This document shows positions 19,961 to 28,193 of a stretch of DNA of 52,652 nucleotides, one piece after another. Below the pieces are notes generated by a model. That model was not told the DNA's origin. It worked only from the letters and a program-made list of their open reading frames with translations, and ran no database searches. The DNA comes from Candidatus Zixiibacteriota bacterium. GTDB taxonomy: Bacteria; Zixibacteria; MSB-5A5; UM-FILTER-46-8. Made by a program: the position numbers and the translations under genes. The DNA lies in contig WJIJ01000082.1 in assembly GCA_014730345.1 (NCBI GenBank), positions 1 through 52,652 on the forward strand, written 5' to 3'. The stretch's first letter is position 1; each line of letters begins with the position of its first letter.

Positions 19961-20689
19961 TTAATATGTTCTGCCTACCCTGTTTATGGATTGCCCGATT
20001 GCTTCATCCTGAATGGTTATAGCCTTTTGCCCTGATTCGAAATCACGGAAAGTAGCAATCATATCAACCATTTGATCCAGTATAGAAACATTGGAGCGTT
20101 CGAGAAAACCCTGCCGGATCGAAAAACCGCTTGCCGGGAGAGGTTCGACATCCTCGGGCGCGATAAAACAGACGCCATCATCTTTTGAAAGCGCCTGGGG
20201 ATTTTCAAACTGCACTACTCTCAGTCTGCCAACCTGCTCGCCGCCATCGAAGATATTGCCTTCGGAATCAATGGAAGGCTCGGCATTCTGCAATATTACC
20301 GGCCCGGCATCTGAAAGGTATGTATTACCGCGGGCATCCTTGAGAATACCATTGGCATCGACATGCATTTCACCATTACGGGTATACCGGGTTCCGCGCC
20401 CGGTTTCGATTACAAAAAAGCCTTCACCATCAAGGGCTATGTCCAGGGAGTTGTCAGTTTTATCCAATATCGCCTGAGAATGGTCTATAAACGCGCTGTT
20501 GATCATGGGGTCCTGCCAGTCATAATCGGTGTGGATAAGTTTTGCCTGTTCTTCCACGATTTTATCGAGGAAAACGCGATCCCTCTTATAACCAACCGTA
20601 TTGGTATTAGCCATGTTATTGGCTATAACATCCTGTTTGGTAATGCGGGGCATCATGCCCGAAGCAACTTCAAATATGCCTTTAATCAT
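19961..20689 (-). CDS. flgF: proximal rod protein FlgF
   Basis: ANNMANTNTVGYKRD, YTRNG, QGFLERSNV; precedes flgG; ATG 20689 fits the AAAGGA RBS. Confidence 0.9.
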   Translation of the reverse strand: MIKGIFEVASGMMPRITKQDVIANNMANTNTVGYKRDRVFLDKIVEEQAKLIHTDYDWQDPMINSAFIDHSQAILDKTDNSLDIALDGEGFFVIETGRGTRYTRNGEMHVDANGILKDARGNTYLSDAGPVILQNAEPSIDSEGNIFDGGEQVGRLRVVQFENPQALSKDDGVCFIAPEDVEPLPASGFSIRQGFLERSNVSILDQMVDMIATFRDFESGQKAITIQDEAIGQSINRVGRTY

Positions 20690-20738
20690 ATCCAAGTCCT
20701 TTCTGTGTAGACAGATACACTATTCCACGTGAGGAACA

Positions 20739-20755
20739 AGCAAACATCGTACCAA
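20739..20755 (-). promoter_or_regulatory. sigma-54 promoter of the flgF operon
   Basis: TTGGTACG-ATGT-TTGCT (GG-N10-GC). Confidence 0.8.
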
Positions 20756-20962
20756 AACATCTTTAATCGCGGCAGTTTTAAATAATATTGGCTATACGGT
20801 TATCTGATTGATTATTAAGGGATTACAACGGGGTTGGATGAGAATTTTGAGGTGGAGCAATCACGTTTCGGATTTGTGAACGATTCAGGGGAAAAAACCT
20901 CCGTTGCAGGATGAAAAGTTTGCCGATATAGATGGTTAATCCCACAGGACAGAACCAGCCCC

Positions 20963-21352
20963 CTATTGCTGATTTTGCATAGATTTTCTCAAGCAGGTTC
21001 TTTCGAGGATCAATGAAATTTCATGAGCTTTGAAGGGTTTGGTGATGTATTCATCGGCTCCGAGAATCATGGCATCTTTTACAGTAAAAGCGTCCCCGAA
21101 TCCGGTCATCATTATAACACCTACATCAGGTTTTTCTTCTTTGATACTTTTAAGGAGTTCAAACCCGTTCATTTCCGGCATTTTTATATCGGAAATCACG
21201 ATATCGAATTTTTTGTCCTTCAGGCACTGCAACGCTGTTTGGCCATTTTCGGCGAGGGTGACTTTGTAACCATCTCGCTTGAGGATTTTATCAAGCAGGT
21301 TCCTCATTTCAAGTTCGTCGTCAACAACCAGTATTTCAATTTTATCTTTCAT
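20963..21352 (-). CDS. stand-alone response regulator receiver
   Basis: VVDD, SDIKMP (phospho-Asp), MMTG, KPF; no output domain. Confidence 0.92.
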   Translation of the reverse strand: MKDKIEILVVDDELEMRNLLDKILKRDGYKVTLAENGQTALQCLKDKKFDIVISDIKMPEMNGFELLKSIKEEKPDVGVIMMTGFGDAFTVKDAMILGADEYITKPFKAHEISLILERTCLRKSMQNQQ

Positions 21353-21374
21353 GTCCAGTCCTCTTTTTCAAGAG

Positions 21375-21401
21375 TAATCGTCCACTTATTTTATAACTTT
21401 A
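21375..21401 (-). promoter_or_regulatory. sigma-28-like promoter of the stand-alone receiver
   Basis: TAAA-N15-GACGATTA with an extended TAAAGTT -35 element. Confidence 0.55.
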
Positions 21402-21423
21402 CACTATTTATATTTCTGCAATA

Positions 21424-21816
21424 TTATTGCTCAACCGAATTCAGCTGCTTCAGCATATCAACAACCTTTTTGCTGTTGCCCATTATGATAGCAAAGGATT
21501 GTTCGAGCTTTTTCAGGGTTCCCGGTTCGATTTCCTCTTTACGGGAAAAGGAATTATGGTCGAAGTAATTAATTCCTTCGATAGCCGCTTTGGAAATGCT
21601 CTGAATTCGCTTGGTCGCCTCATTGACTTCACCGGCGAGTTTATCAAGAGTTTTTCCTAAATCGCTGTTCTTGCCGTATCTTTTGTTAATCCTGTTAGCG
21701 GCAATGGCGATATTAATGGCGGCAAACTGGGCTTGCTGCATGATTTCGGTAATGTTTTCAATTACTACCTTAAAGTTTTCTTCCTGTAACTCATTGACTT
21801 TCAAATCGCCGGGCAA
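21424..21816 (-). CDS. small helical protein resembling a degenerate MCP signalling hairpin
   Basis: ITEIMQQAQFAAINIAIAANR...LDKLAGEVNEATKRI aligns by eye with the MCP consensus [21 protein letters not shown]...[15 protein letters not shown]; GGAGG RBS. Confidence 0.6.
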   Translation of the reverse strand: MPGDLKVNELQEENFKVVIENITEIMQQAQFAAINIAIAANRINKRYGKNSDLGKTLDKLAGEVNEATKRIQSISKAAIEGINYFDHNSFSRKEEIEPGTLKKLEQSFAIIMGNSKKVVDMLKQLNSVEQ

Positions 21817-21829
21817 ATCAACCTCCAGG

Positions 21830-22183
21830 CTAAAATTTCACAAGTTCGTGAATCTTGCTTTTTAATTCATCAAGATTGCTGGATTTAACGATATAGGCAT
21901 CAGCCAACCAAGATGAAAAATCATCTTTATAGGTCGAGTATGCCGAATTGAGTATCACTGGAGTATCGGCATTTTTCTGGCGGAATTCATTTAAAACTTC
22001 CAATCCATCTTTACCTTCCATCTTAATATCCAGCACCATCAGATCAATTTTGTTATCCTGGGCAATACGAAGGGCTTTTTCGCCGTTCTCGGCTAAAAGC
22101 ACCTGGAAACCCTCTTCAGTAAGTTCTTTTTCATAGAGTTTTCCCAGGGAAACTTCGTCGTCGACAACTAATATTTTTTGCAT
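21830..22183 (-). CDS. stand-alone response regulator receiver
   Basis: VVDD, LDIKM, LNSAY, ADAYIVKSS; 117 aa. Confidence 0.92.
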   Translation of the reverse strand: MQKILVVDDEVSLGKLYEKELTEEGFQVLLAENGEKALRIAQDNKIDLMVLDIKMEGKDGLEVLNEFRQKNADTPVILNSAYSTYKDDFSSWLADAYIVKSSNLDELKSKIHELVKF

Positions 22184-22185
22184 GT

Positions 22186-23907
22186 TTACTCCTTGCAGTA
22201 TGGTAAATTGATTACTATCGATAAGGGTTGATTTTTTCCTCTTTGCACACCCAGTTTTCCGAAATGCTGATTGATAATCTCATTTGCAATAGCCAAATCC
22301 GTTTCCCGTTTCAACGGGCTGGTGTTGAAGATGTTTTCGAAGATCTTTTTAGCATCGATATTTCCTTCATGGTCTCCGCTATAGGTGAAACTTAACTCCA
22401 CTTCATCGCGGTCGATTACGAGTTTGATATCGATATCGGAACCCGCTCCGCCATGCCTGGAAAACTGTCTACCGGCAACCAGCAGTACGTTGCGCAACTG
22501 TTTCTCGCTGCCGAATACTTTTATATTCTCCTGGAATTCGGCGAACCTGAATGTGGATTGGTTATTCTGAAATCCATCATTTAAAAGCTGGAAAACATCC
22601 ATTGTAAGCTCCGAGAAATCGATTACGGATTTAGATTCCGGGGCCGCGCGAGTAATGCTGGTAAAGTTTTCAAGAACATTTTCAATCCTATCGACTTCTT
22701 TAATGATTATATCTAAAGAATCGGAAAATTGATGTTCATTGTTAATCTTTCTACGTATATTTCTGGCAAAACCGCCTACGACCGACAAGGGATTGCGTAT
22801 TTCATGCGCAACCTGTGAAGCCATTTTGCCGATAGCGTTCAATTTTTCGCTTTCCACGAGCTTCTGCTGGCTTACCCGGATAGTATTATTAGCCTTGGCC
22901 AGCTGGTCGATTTTTTCTCCCAGTTTTTCATAAAGCCTGGACCGTTCCAAAGCTACGCCGGCGTGGTTGGCAAAGATAGCCAGAATTTCGAGGTCGGCGG
23001 AGGTTATTTTTCTGCCGGTTATGAAGTTATCGGCAAGCAACAACCCGGTGATATTACCTTCGACGGTGAGTGGGGCAACCGCCAGGGATTCCACGCCGAG
23101 AATATCAAAAAGATAGTTATCGGCAGGATTTTCCGACTTGAAAAGGACACCCGGTTTGTGGGAATTGAGAATCTGGCGCAATGGAATGGGCATATTCCTT
23201 TTATGAAGCTTTATCCTGCGCACCAGTTCGTTTACTTTTACGTCATAGCTTGATGTAGCGTTATTGTAATTGTCGATAAGCTCATCAAGGGATTTCTGCT
23301 GTCCATCAATTTCAGACCATATAGCGGCGGCTTCGGCGCCATCGGAAGGCCCGATGGCTATTTCGCCTTTAAACGCGTCACCTTCTCCGCTTAGCATCAG
23401 GAATGCCCGGTTGAAACCGAGGGCATCGCCGGCAGTGGCTCCTATGAGAATGATCTTGAATGTTTCATCGAGACGATAGGAGTTGCTGAGTTTTCGCCCT
23501 AACTGGCTGATAACGGAGGTAATATTGTAGAAACGGTTCCGGTTATAGCCGGCCAGGCCGGGAGGTTCACCGGAAATCTGGCAGATATTGATTTCCGTTC
23601 CGGTTCCGTTGTCGATCGTGAACCGGTGGACTTGAAAAACCCGTTCGTCATTACCAGCATTTGAGCGGAGAACAATCCCGTCTTTTAAATTGTCATGGGA
23701 TTGAGCCTGGATTTCGCCGAATACCCACTGGAATCCCCGTGTAATATCTTCGAATCCAAGGATCCTCTTGGAGAATTCGGCGAATTCATCGTTATAATGA
23801 AACAGCTGGCCTTCGCTATAAACGAAAAAGGGGTTTCGGGAATTGTAGTAGCCGATTTTCCAGATGATGTCGAGATCGGAATTGAGTTCGTTTTTAACAG
23901 ATTCCAT
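22186..23907 (-). CDS. GAF-domain histidine kinase-like protein; intact H-box, degenerate ATP-binding domain
   Basis: GAF (GFNRAFL...GLLLADN..ILAIFANHAGVALE); VAHEIRNPL; N/G1/G2 boxes not recognisable. Confidence 0.8.
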   Translation of the reverse strand: MESVKNELNSDLDIIWKIGYYNSRNPFFVYSEGQLFHYNDEFAEFSKRILGFEDITRGFQWVFGEIQAQSHDNLKDGIVLRSNAGNDERVFQVHRFTIDNGTGTEINICQISGEPPGLAGYNRNRFYNITSVISQLGRKLSNSYRLDETFKIILIGATAGDALGFNRAFLMLSGEGDAFKGEIAIGPSDGAEAAAIWSEIDGQQKSLDELIDNYNNATSSYDVKVNELVRRIKLHKRNMPIPLRQILNSHKPGVLFKSENPADNYLFDILGVESLAVAPLTVEGNITGLLLADNFITGRKITSADLEILAIFANHAGVALERSRLYEKLGEKIDQLAKANNTIRVSQQKLVESEKLNAIGKMASQVAHEIRNPLSVVGGFARNIRRKINNEHQFSDSLDIIIKEVDRIENVLENFTSITRAAPESKSVIDFSELTMDVFQLLNDGFQNNQSTFRFAEFQENIKVFGSEKQLRNVLLVAGRQFSRHGGAGSDIDIKLVIDRDEVELSFTYSGDHEGNIDAKKIFENIFNTSPLKRETDLAIANEIINQHFGKLGVQRGKNQPLSIVINLPYCKE

Positions 23908-23910
23908 TTG

Positions 23911-24690
23911 TTATTTTGAGATTCTCTCAAGCCGGTACGAGAAGTCGCTGAGTTTGGTAATACTCTCCTCAATCTCATCGAGGCTCCTTTTCAAGCGCTG
24001 ATCCGCTTCTTTAAGCGAAAGCTGAAGGAAGCGGGTATTTCCGGCCATGGAGGCTATGGGTTGTGAGATTCCCTGTACAACCTCGCTAAGGACCTGGGAA
24101 ATACTATCCGGAAATGACGGCCCGGCATCATCCTTATCCCGGTTCAACTCCTCGATGCGGGAATTGCTCCTGCTCAACTCGGTGCGGAAATGCAACCGCT
24201 CCATGAGCGCAGAAATCTGCCCGGCGATAATGGTCATCATTTCAAGGTCCGTTTGGTCGTAAGCGCCCGCGCGCTCATTACTGACATTAATCACCCCGAT
24301 TAATTGATTGTCCATAAGAATCGGTACGGAAATGAATGATCTTATATGGTCATCCACCGATTCACGATACCTCTTGATATTGGGCATCATAATTGGACGT
24401 CTGTACTTTGCCACCCATGCCGAGAATCCCTTACCCAGTTCGAATTCAACGAAAGAGATCAAATCGCCTTTATTTCCTGTTTTGGCGATAGTTTCGAGTT
24501 TCTGTTTTTCCTTGTCGAGGATTGAGATAGAAGCCGAGGTATAATCGACGGCATCGTTAATTTCAACTAAAATTTCCTCGAAGGTATCCTTTCCCTTAAG
24601 TTCTTTTTGGATTAAACAACTGATTCCATAAAGAGCTTTGAACTGCCTAACTACACGGTCTGCCTTATACAAATCGTGTTCCTGTGGCAT
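23911..24690 (-). CDS. GAF domain plus His-less DHp-like helix pair
   Basis: GAF (RSFISVPI..LIGVINV..AYDQTDLEMMTIIAGQI); VVQGISQPI in the H-box position; no CA domain. Confidence 0.7.
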   Translation of the reverse strand: MPQEHDLYKADRVVRQFKALYGISCLIQKELKGKDTFEEILVEINDAVDYTSASISILDKEKQKLETIAKTGNKGDLISFVEFELGKGFSAWVAKYRRPIMMPNIKRYRESVDDHIRSFISVPILMDNQLIGVINVSNERAGAYDQTDLEMMTIIAGQISALMERLHFRTELSRSNSRIEELNRDKDDAGPSFPDSISQVLSEVVQGISQPIASMAGNTRFLQLSLKEADQRLKRSLDEIEESITKLSDFSYRLERISK

Positions 24691-24739
24691 ACTTTATCCA
24701 TCCTTGGCTGTATGTTATTTAATCCTCATGGCATGTTAG

Positions 24740-25393
24740 TTACTGCCCTGATGCTAACAAACCACCTCCTGATAATGTCCTGAGTTGATCGATAATAATC
24801 GCGGATGCTTTTTGAGCGGCGCGTTTGATAGTATCTTCGCGCTCCAAAGCATTATAAAGAATATCCGCGCGTTCGGGGTCGAATTCCAGATACTGAGCAT
24901 GCTGGGAACAATCAACCGTAAAGTCAAAAGAAGCATCAAGTTCGGCATCGCCCGTACGGGCATCGATTACCCGGTAATCCACGTACACTTTCAAGCGCTT
25001 TTTAAACCTGCTGACGATGTACGGTATGGAAATGTCTCGTTTAACATCCATTTTTATTTTGGATACATTATATTCAATTAAATAGCGGTAATTATCCCGG
25101 AGAACCGAGTTATATATATAATCGTTTATGTATTCTTTATCCGGTTTTAAAAACAATCCGCCATTATCCCGCGCCGACAAGATATCACCCGGGATCAGCC
25201 AGGCTATTTCTTTTTCGCCCTTCACCCGCTGTTCAATAATCTTATCGCAGGCGTTTATGATTTCACTGGCATAGCCGTCGCCAATGAAATACGCGCAAAC
25301 AACATTTGATTCGGCCCGGGCCGTTAATGCTGATAGAAAGAATAGAAGGCCTATTAACAATACTAACGGAATTTTAATATGATTAAATTTCAT
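24740..25393 (-). CDS. exported protein, possible CsgG/FlgT-like fold
   Basis: signal peptide (…SALTARA); VYVDYRVIDARTG motif; start moved to ATG 25393. Confidence 0.5.
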   Translation of the reverse strand: MKFNHIKIPLVLLIGLLFFLSALTARAESNVVCAYFIGDGYASEIINACDKIIEQRVKGEKEIAWLIPGDILSARDNGGLFLKPDKEYINDYIYNSVLRDNYRYLIEYNVSKIKMDVKRDISIPYIVSRFKKRLKVYVDYRVIDARTGDAELDASFDFTVDCSQHAQYLEFDPERADILYNALEREDTIKRAAQKASAIIIDQLRTLSGGGLLASGQ

Positions 25394-25874
25394 CTTTGTC
25401 CCTGTTGCGGATAACATATTTCGCAATCATCTTTTGTACTGTATCGTCAAATCCTCGAATTTCACTATCATAAATTTCTCTGTCACCTTCGGAAATTAAC
25501 TCCAGGAATTCTACAGGGTGGATAAATTCAAAGCCGGTGATGTACTCGGAGTGTTCCACTTTCTCGACTCTCTTGACTTTACCGAGTATCCGCTCTATCT
25601 TTTCCATCCCGTTCAACTCGAATGTCAGCACGACGTATGAATCAACCGGGAGTTCAGCATCTACCGCCCCGAGGACGCCGCTTCCGGAGATATTCAAGAG
25701 GACTCCGCGGACTTTTATATGATCAACCGGAGGACGGTCTTTCCCCGCGGGGAGGTTAATCCGGTAAAGTTCGAAAGGCGCGGCGATATCGAGCCTTACT
25801 GATTGTCTTTTTTTACTGCCCCGTTTGCTGGTTTGGACGCCGGTTTTCGGCGCTGATTTAGTTTGCTGTGCCAT
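25383..25874 (-). CDS. PilZ-domain c-di-GMP receptor
   Basis: RQSVR (RxxxR) and NISGSG ([D/N]xSxxG) both intact. Confidence 0.88.
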   Translation of the reverse strand: MAQQTKSAPKTGVQTSKRGSKKRQSVRLDIAAPFELYRINLPAGKDRPPVDHIKVRGVLLNISGSGVLGAVDAELPVDSYVVLTFELNGMEKIERILGKVKRVEKVEHSEYITGFEFIHPVEFLELISEGDREIYDSEIRGFDDTVQKMIAKYVIRNRDKDEI

Positions 25875-25888
25875 TATTACTCCACATC

Positions 25889-27082
25889 TTAACTGACGGC
25901 TGATTCCGATCTCATCTCTTCCCTTGACAACAACTTTGCCTGTTCGTAGGCTTTTTCGACGATAGATTTCACCCTGCCCATTTCCACTGAACTGTTGGAT
26001 TTGTTGGCGGTAAAACTTCTTCCCTGATTTATCACGGTATTGAAGTATTTACGGGCTTCATCATCATCGCCTATACGGCGCTCCAATTCGCCGATGAGGT
26101 AATAAGCCTGTATCGCCTGAAAACCTTCTTTGATTTCCCTGCCGGTTTCCATGGCTTTTTTATAATTTTCGGCCGCGAAAGACAGGGCTTCCTTTTCATT
26201 GGTTGGCGTTTCGGCAAATATTTTCTGCACGGAGAAAAGGAACTCGTAAAAATTCTCATATTCTCCAAATTTCGGCATTTGAGCTTTGGCTTCGGGCATC
26301 TCGACATTCACGAGGTTGCCATTGAGCGCTTTAATCTGGTCTATTTTCCCTTTTACCACGTCGGAGGCTCCGAGGATTTCATTTAATACATTGAAATATC
26401 CTCTCATTATATCGTTGGCATCGTCTCCCCGGGCTTTAGGGAACAGAGAGCTTGTATTATCTTTGTAAAAATGGGCCAGGGTTTTAACCGACTTATCGAG
26501 GTTACCGAGAATAACGGTCATATTCTCGAGCTTTTCATCGAGGCTTGATAAAATGGAAGTTCGGGCATGCACACCGGCTGAACCGGTCGTTTTCATATCC
26601 CGGAACAACCATCCGATACGCAGGTAAAATCTACCCATAGTCAACGGGCTGGGATGAGAACTTAATTTCTCCTGGTATATCCCTAACAGGAACTTGCAAA
26701 TAGCGGTTTCATTGGGAAACTGTTTTGGCTCGATGGCTTTGCCTATTACTTTGAAAGGGCTATTCTCTTCATTCAGCTTCGCCTTATGAGTCTCGCGAAG
26801 GGGTTTAAGCTTGTAGTTTTTGAAGTGGGCATCCTTTTCCCACTCCTTGAATTTCTCGGTAAATTCCACCGAATAATAACAGTTTTCACAAGTGGCAATA
26901 AAAAAGAGGAGTGGGTTTGTATTACCCATTTCATCAGAGGACCACTTGATGCCAACCGGCATGAAATCGGTATCATTACCTTCAACAGTATAAGCGCCTT
27001 TGGCTAAATTTTCGTATTTGTTTTTCCGTCCGCAAACCGGGCAGGCAGTTGTAGTCGTATAAAGTGGTGATCCAGCTTTCAT
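25889..27082 (-). CDS. DUF2225-like protein (Zn-binding Cys pairs plus TPR) with a helical insert
   Basis: CPVC..DTDF..NPL..CENC; YLRIGWLFR; YLIGELERRIG. Confidence 0.75.
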   Translation of the reverse strand: MKAGSPLYTTTTACPVCGRKNKYENLAKGAYTVEGNDTDFMPVGIKWSSDEMGNTNPLLFFIATCENCYYSVEFTEKFKEWEKDAHFKNYKLKPLRETHKAKLNEENSPFKVIGKAIEPKQFPNETAICKFLLGIYQEKLSSHPSPLTMGRFYLRIGWLFRDMKTTGSAGVHARTSILSSLDEKLENMTVILGNLDKSVKTLAHFYKDNTSSLFPKARGDDANDIMRGYFNVLNEILGASDVVKGKIDQIKALNGNLVNVEMPEAKAQMPKFGEYENFYEFLFSVQKIFAETPTNEKEALSFAAENYKKAMETGREIKEGFQAIQAYYLIGELERRIGDDDEARKYFNTVINQGRSFTANKSNSSVEMGRVKSIVEKAYEQAKLLSREEMRSESAVS

Positions 27083-27119
27083 AGTTTAATTCCCGTTTTA
27101 AGTTACCGTCCTACGATTG

Positions 27120-27147
27120 CTATCGGCAATAACGCATTTTTTCTCAA
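27120..27147 (-). promoter_or_regulatory. sigma-28-like promoter of the signalling block
   Basis: TTGAG-N15-GCCGATAG; good -10, weak -35. Confidence 0.5.
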
Positions 27148-27192
27148 GTATCTTAATTGCATTAATTTAAACCTTCAAGTGCCCCCTGTTTG

Positions 27193-27822
27193 CTAACCGG
27201 CCTTGACCGCGGCCATCAACTGCTCTTCGGCTTTTGACATCGGTTTAATCTTATCGCTTTTCTTCCGGGTCTGTTTACGTCTGGCAGTAGATTTTTTCAG
27301 GCTCTTATCACTGTTTCTATCCTCAGAGCCAACCTTCTGTTTGGTTTTTTGTCTCGAGACGGCGGTTGGTTCTTCCGAATTCCCGGCGTCCGAGCCAGAT
27401 TTATTCTCCAGCGCTTTTTTCGCATTACGATTTATCTCGGCGGCATTATTATTATCGCGGACGGCTGCCGCCTTTTCGCTCCTTGGATATCCAACAGTCA
27501 ACACTTTTTTGGGTTCTTTCTCCTGTGCTGGCGGGGTCTGCTGTTTAAGTTTTTCGGGAGGCCTGTAAGCATTGGCGGCGGCATACTTTTCAATGGCGGG
27601 ACGATTAACCGCGGGGTTATCGTTTGGGCTTGACGAGAAAGGATTCATTTTCTTCATCAAAGCTGTCATCATACCGGAAGAGGATTTTTCCTCCTCGTTC
27701 AAAATGCCAAAAATCCTGTTTTGACGGTGCAGTACAATCATAACCAACGCGACCAGCATCAGGGTGATAACGCCGTTAACGATTAAAACAGCGGTGAATA
27801 GGTTTTCGAGAATCTGAAACAT
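27193..27822 (-). CDS. hypothetical single-pass membrane protein with a Lys-rich low-complexity tail
   Basis: N-terminal TM helix; AGGAG RBS; operon spacing. Confidence 0.7.
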   Translation of the reverse strand: MFQILENLFTAVLIVNGVITLMLVALVMIVLHRQNRIFGILNEEEKSSSGMMTALMKKMNPFSSSPNDNPAVNRPAIEKYAAANAYRPPEKLKQQTPPAQEKEPKKVLTVGYPRSEKAAAVRDNNNAAEINRNAKKALENKSGSDAGNSEEPTAVSRQKTKQKVGSEDRNSDKSLKKSTARRKQTRKKSDKIKPMSKAEEQLMAAVKAG

Positions 27823-27849
27823 CTTATCTCTCCTTTAACTGCTCTAAGT

Positions 27850-28176
27850 TCATGCTAATAAATCTATATGTTTAATATCTTCGTTTTCGTTCTTATTGTC
27901 CGGTGTTTGTTGTTCGTCTTTCTTCAATTCTTCTTCTTTTGAATTTTTCTTGCCTTTTTTTTGTTCTTGTTCGTTTCCCTTCTGCTCTTTTCGAATTATT
28001 ACCTCGTCCTTTTTATCGGTATCCGGAACTTTCTTTTTTTTGTCCTCGACTTTGACCTGGAAATCAGTAGCTCCCTGTTTCTGCGCTACTTCGGGTCGCG
28101 CCTTTTCGAGCTTGGCGATTTTTTCGGTCGCCTGAGTTTTGGCTAATACATTTTGAAGGTCTACTGGCTGTGCCAT
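27850..28176 (-). CDS. hypothetical charged protein downstream of fliA
   Basis: N-terminal PVDLQ; C-terminal KHIDLLA; tight operon spacing. Confidence 0.7.
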   Translation of the reverse strand: MAQPVDLQNVLAKTQATEKIAKLEKARPEVAQKQGATDFQVKVEDKKKKVPDTDKKDEVIIRKEQKGNEQEQKKGKKNSKEEELKKDEQQTPDNKNENEDIKHIDLLA

Positions 28177-28193
28177 AATAAAACCCGGTTACA

